A model generated the notes under the pieces. The model saw only the letters and a program-made list of their open reading frames with translations, did no database searches and was not told the origin of the DNA. The position numbers and the translations under genes are program-made. Shown piece after piece: positions 63,484 to 64,000 of a DNA stretch of 64,000 nt. The stretch spans positions 248,001 through 312,000 of the forward strand of contig JAHLTZ010000031.1 of NCBI GenBank assembly GCA_025786725.1. Direction: 5' to 3'. Source of the stretch: Syncephalis fuscata S228. Taxonomy: Eukaryota; Fungi; Zoopagomycota. Within the stretch, counting starts at the first letter, position 1, and each line of letters begins with the position of its first letter.

Positions 63484-64000
63484 ATGGATCAGAACAGTGA
63501 AATGTCTTCTGCTATGCAGGATTTGATGAGAAGTCTCGGCGTTGAAGGCGAAGAGGAAGGGTCAGATACGAATCTTGATGAGGCACTAAGGGCACTATTG
63601 GGCAACGGTACCGATGAAGATATAGCGATGTTGCTTAATAGTAGCAATTTACAAAATAATGCAACGACAACAGTGGCGGAACAAGCGGAAGCTGCACCAG
63701 TAACATCTACATCATCGCCAGATGTTTTAATGGAGCAAGAACCGACGATAACAACACCAAGTAATGCATCCACCTTTTCATCTGCTCATAATCCAAATAG
63801 ATTACGCGAATCATTAAATGCACGGCCATTAAACACATCAGCAGGTAAATTTATAACTAGCAAATGATAGCCATTGATGATGACAATAATTGTGATTGGT
63901 AGCGTCACGGGTTGCTATACCACCTTCTACAACATTTGGCAACATTATTAGTGAATTAAATCCAAAGAACCAAGCACGTATGCAGGAGTTATTGTCTTTA
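63484..64000 (+). CDS. 5' part of a gene with low-complexity N-terminus (truncated by the window; weak RST/TAF4-like hint)
   Basis: 127-aa first-exon ORF, intron about 63845-63902, continues TFGNIISELNPKNQARMQELLS to the window edge. Confidence 0.55.

Overview
AT-rich eukaryotic DNA with many short (about 50-80 nt) GT-AG introns. It is most consistent with an early-diverging fungus (Zoopagomycota/Syncephalis-like; this is an inference from gene content, not identified by search). There are about 27 protein genes, mostly housekeeping: twinfilin, DCAF4-like, Cns1, FAN1, Med18, FAM32A, an ABHD esterase, Psh1-like, Sec22, Gpi14, NMNAT, Irc21-like and SPS2. The window also has a 5S rRNA-tRNA(Asp) tandem, a tRNA-derived SINE, two Fanzor/TnpB relics, a dispersed repeat family and a 10-bp satellite. 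Main discovery: the apparent ~81-bp AT-rich tandem repeat at 53.6-56.35 kb is, on the minus strand, an array of 29 near-identical introns separating 28 micro-exons of only 3 or 6 nt. Spliced to a signal-peptide exon, they give a clean 67-aa secreted six-cysteine peptide precursor: MKLSIAVVCTIVVAIVASTSMVDAKPALVRR-DARYDCLEQCVKRKNCGRPFRFICEYNCNKECQANP*. This is essentially one codon per exon and is invisible to the ORF track. Second highlight: a selenocysteine-encoding SPS2 (in-frame TGA plus a 3' SECIS), which is rare in fungi. Several conserved genes carry single-base indels in short homopolymers, probably assembly errors. Multi-exon boundaries were read by eye.
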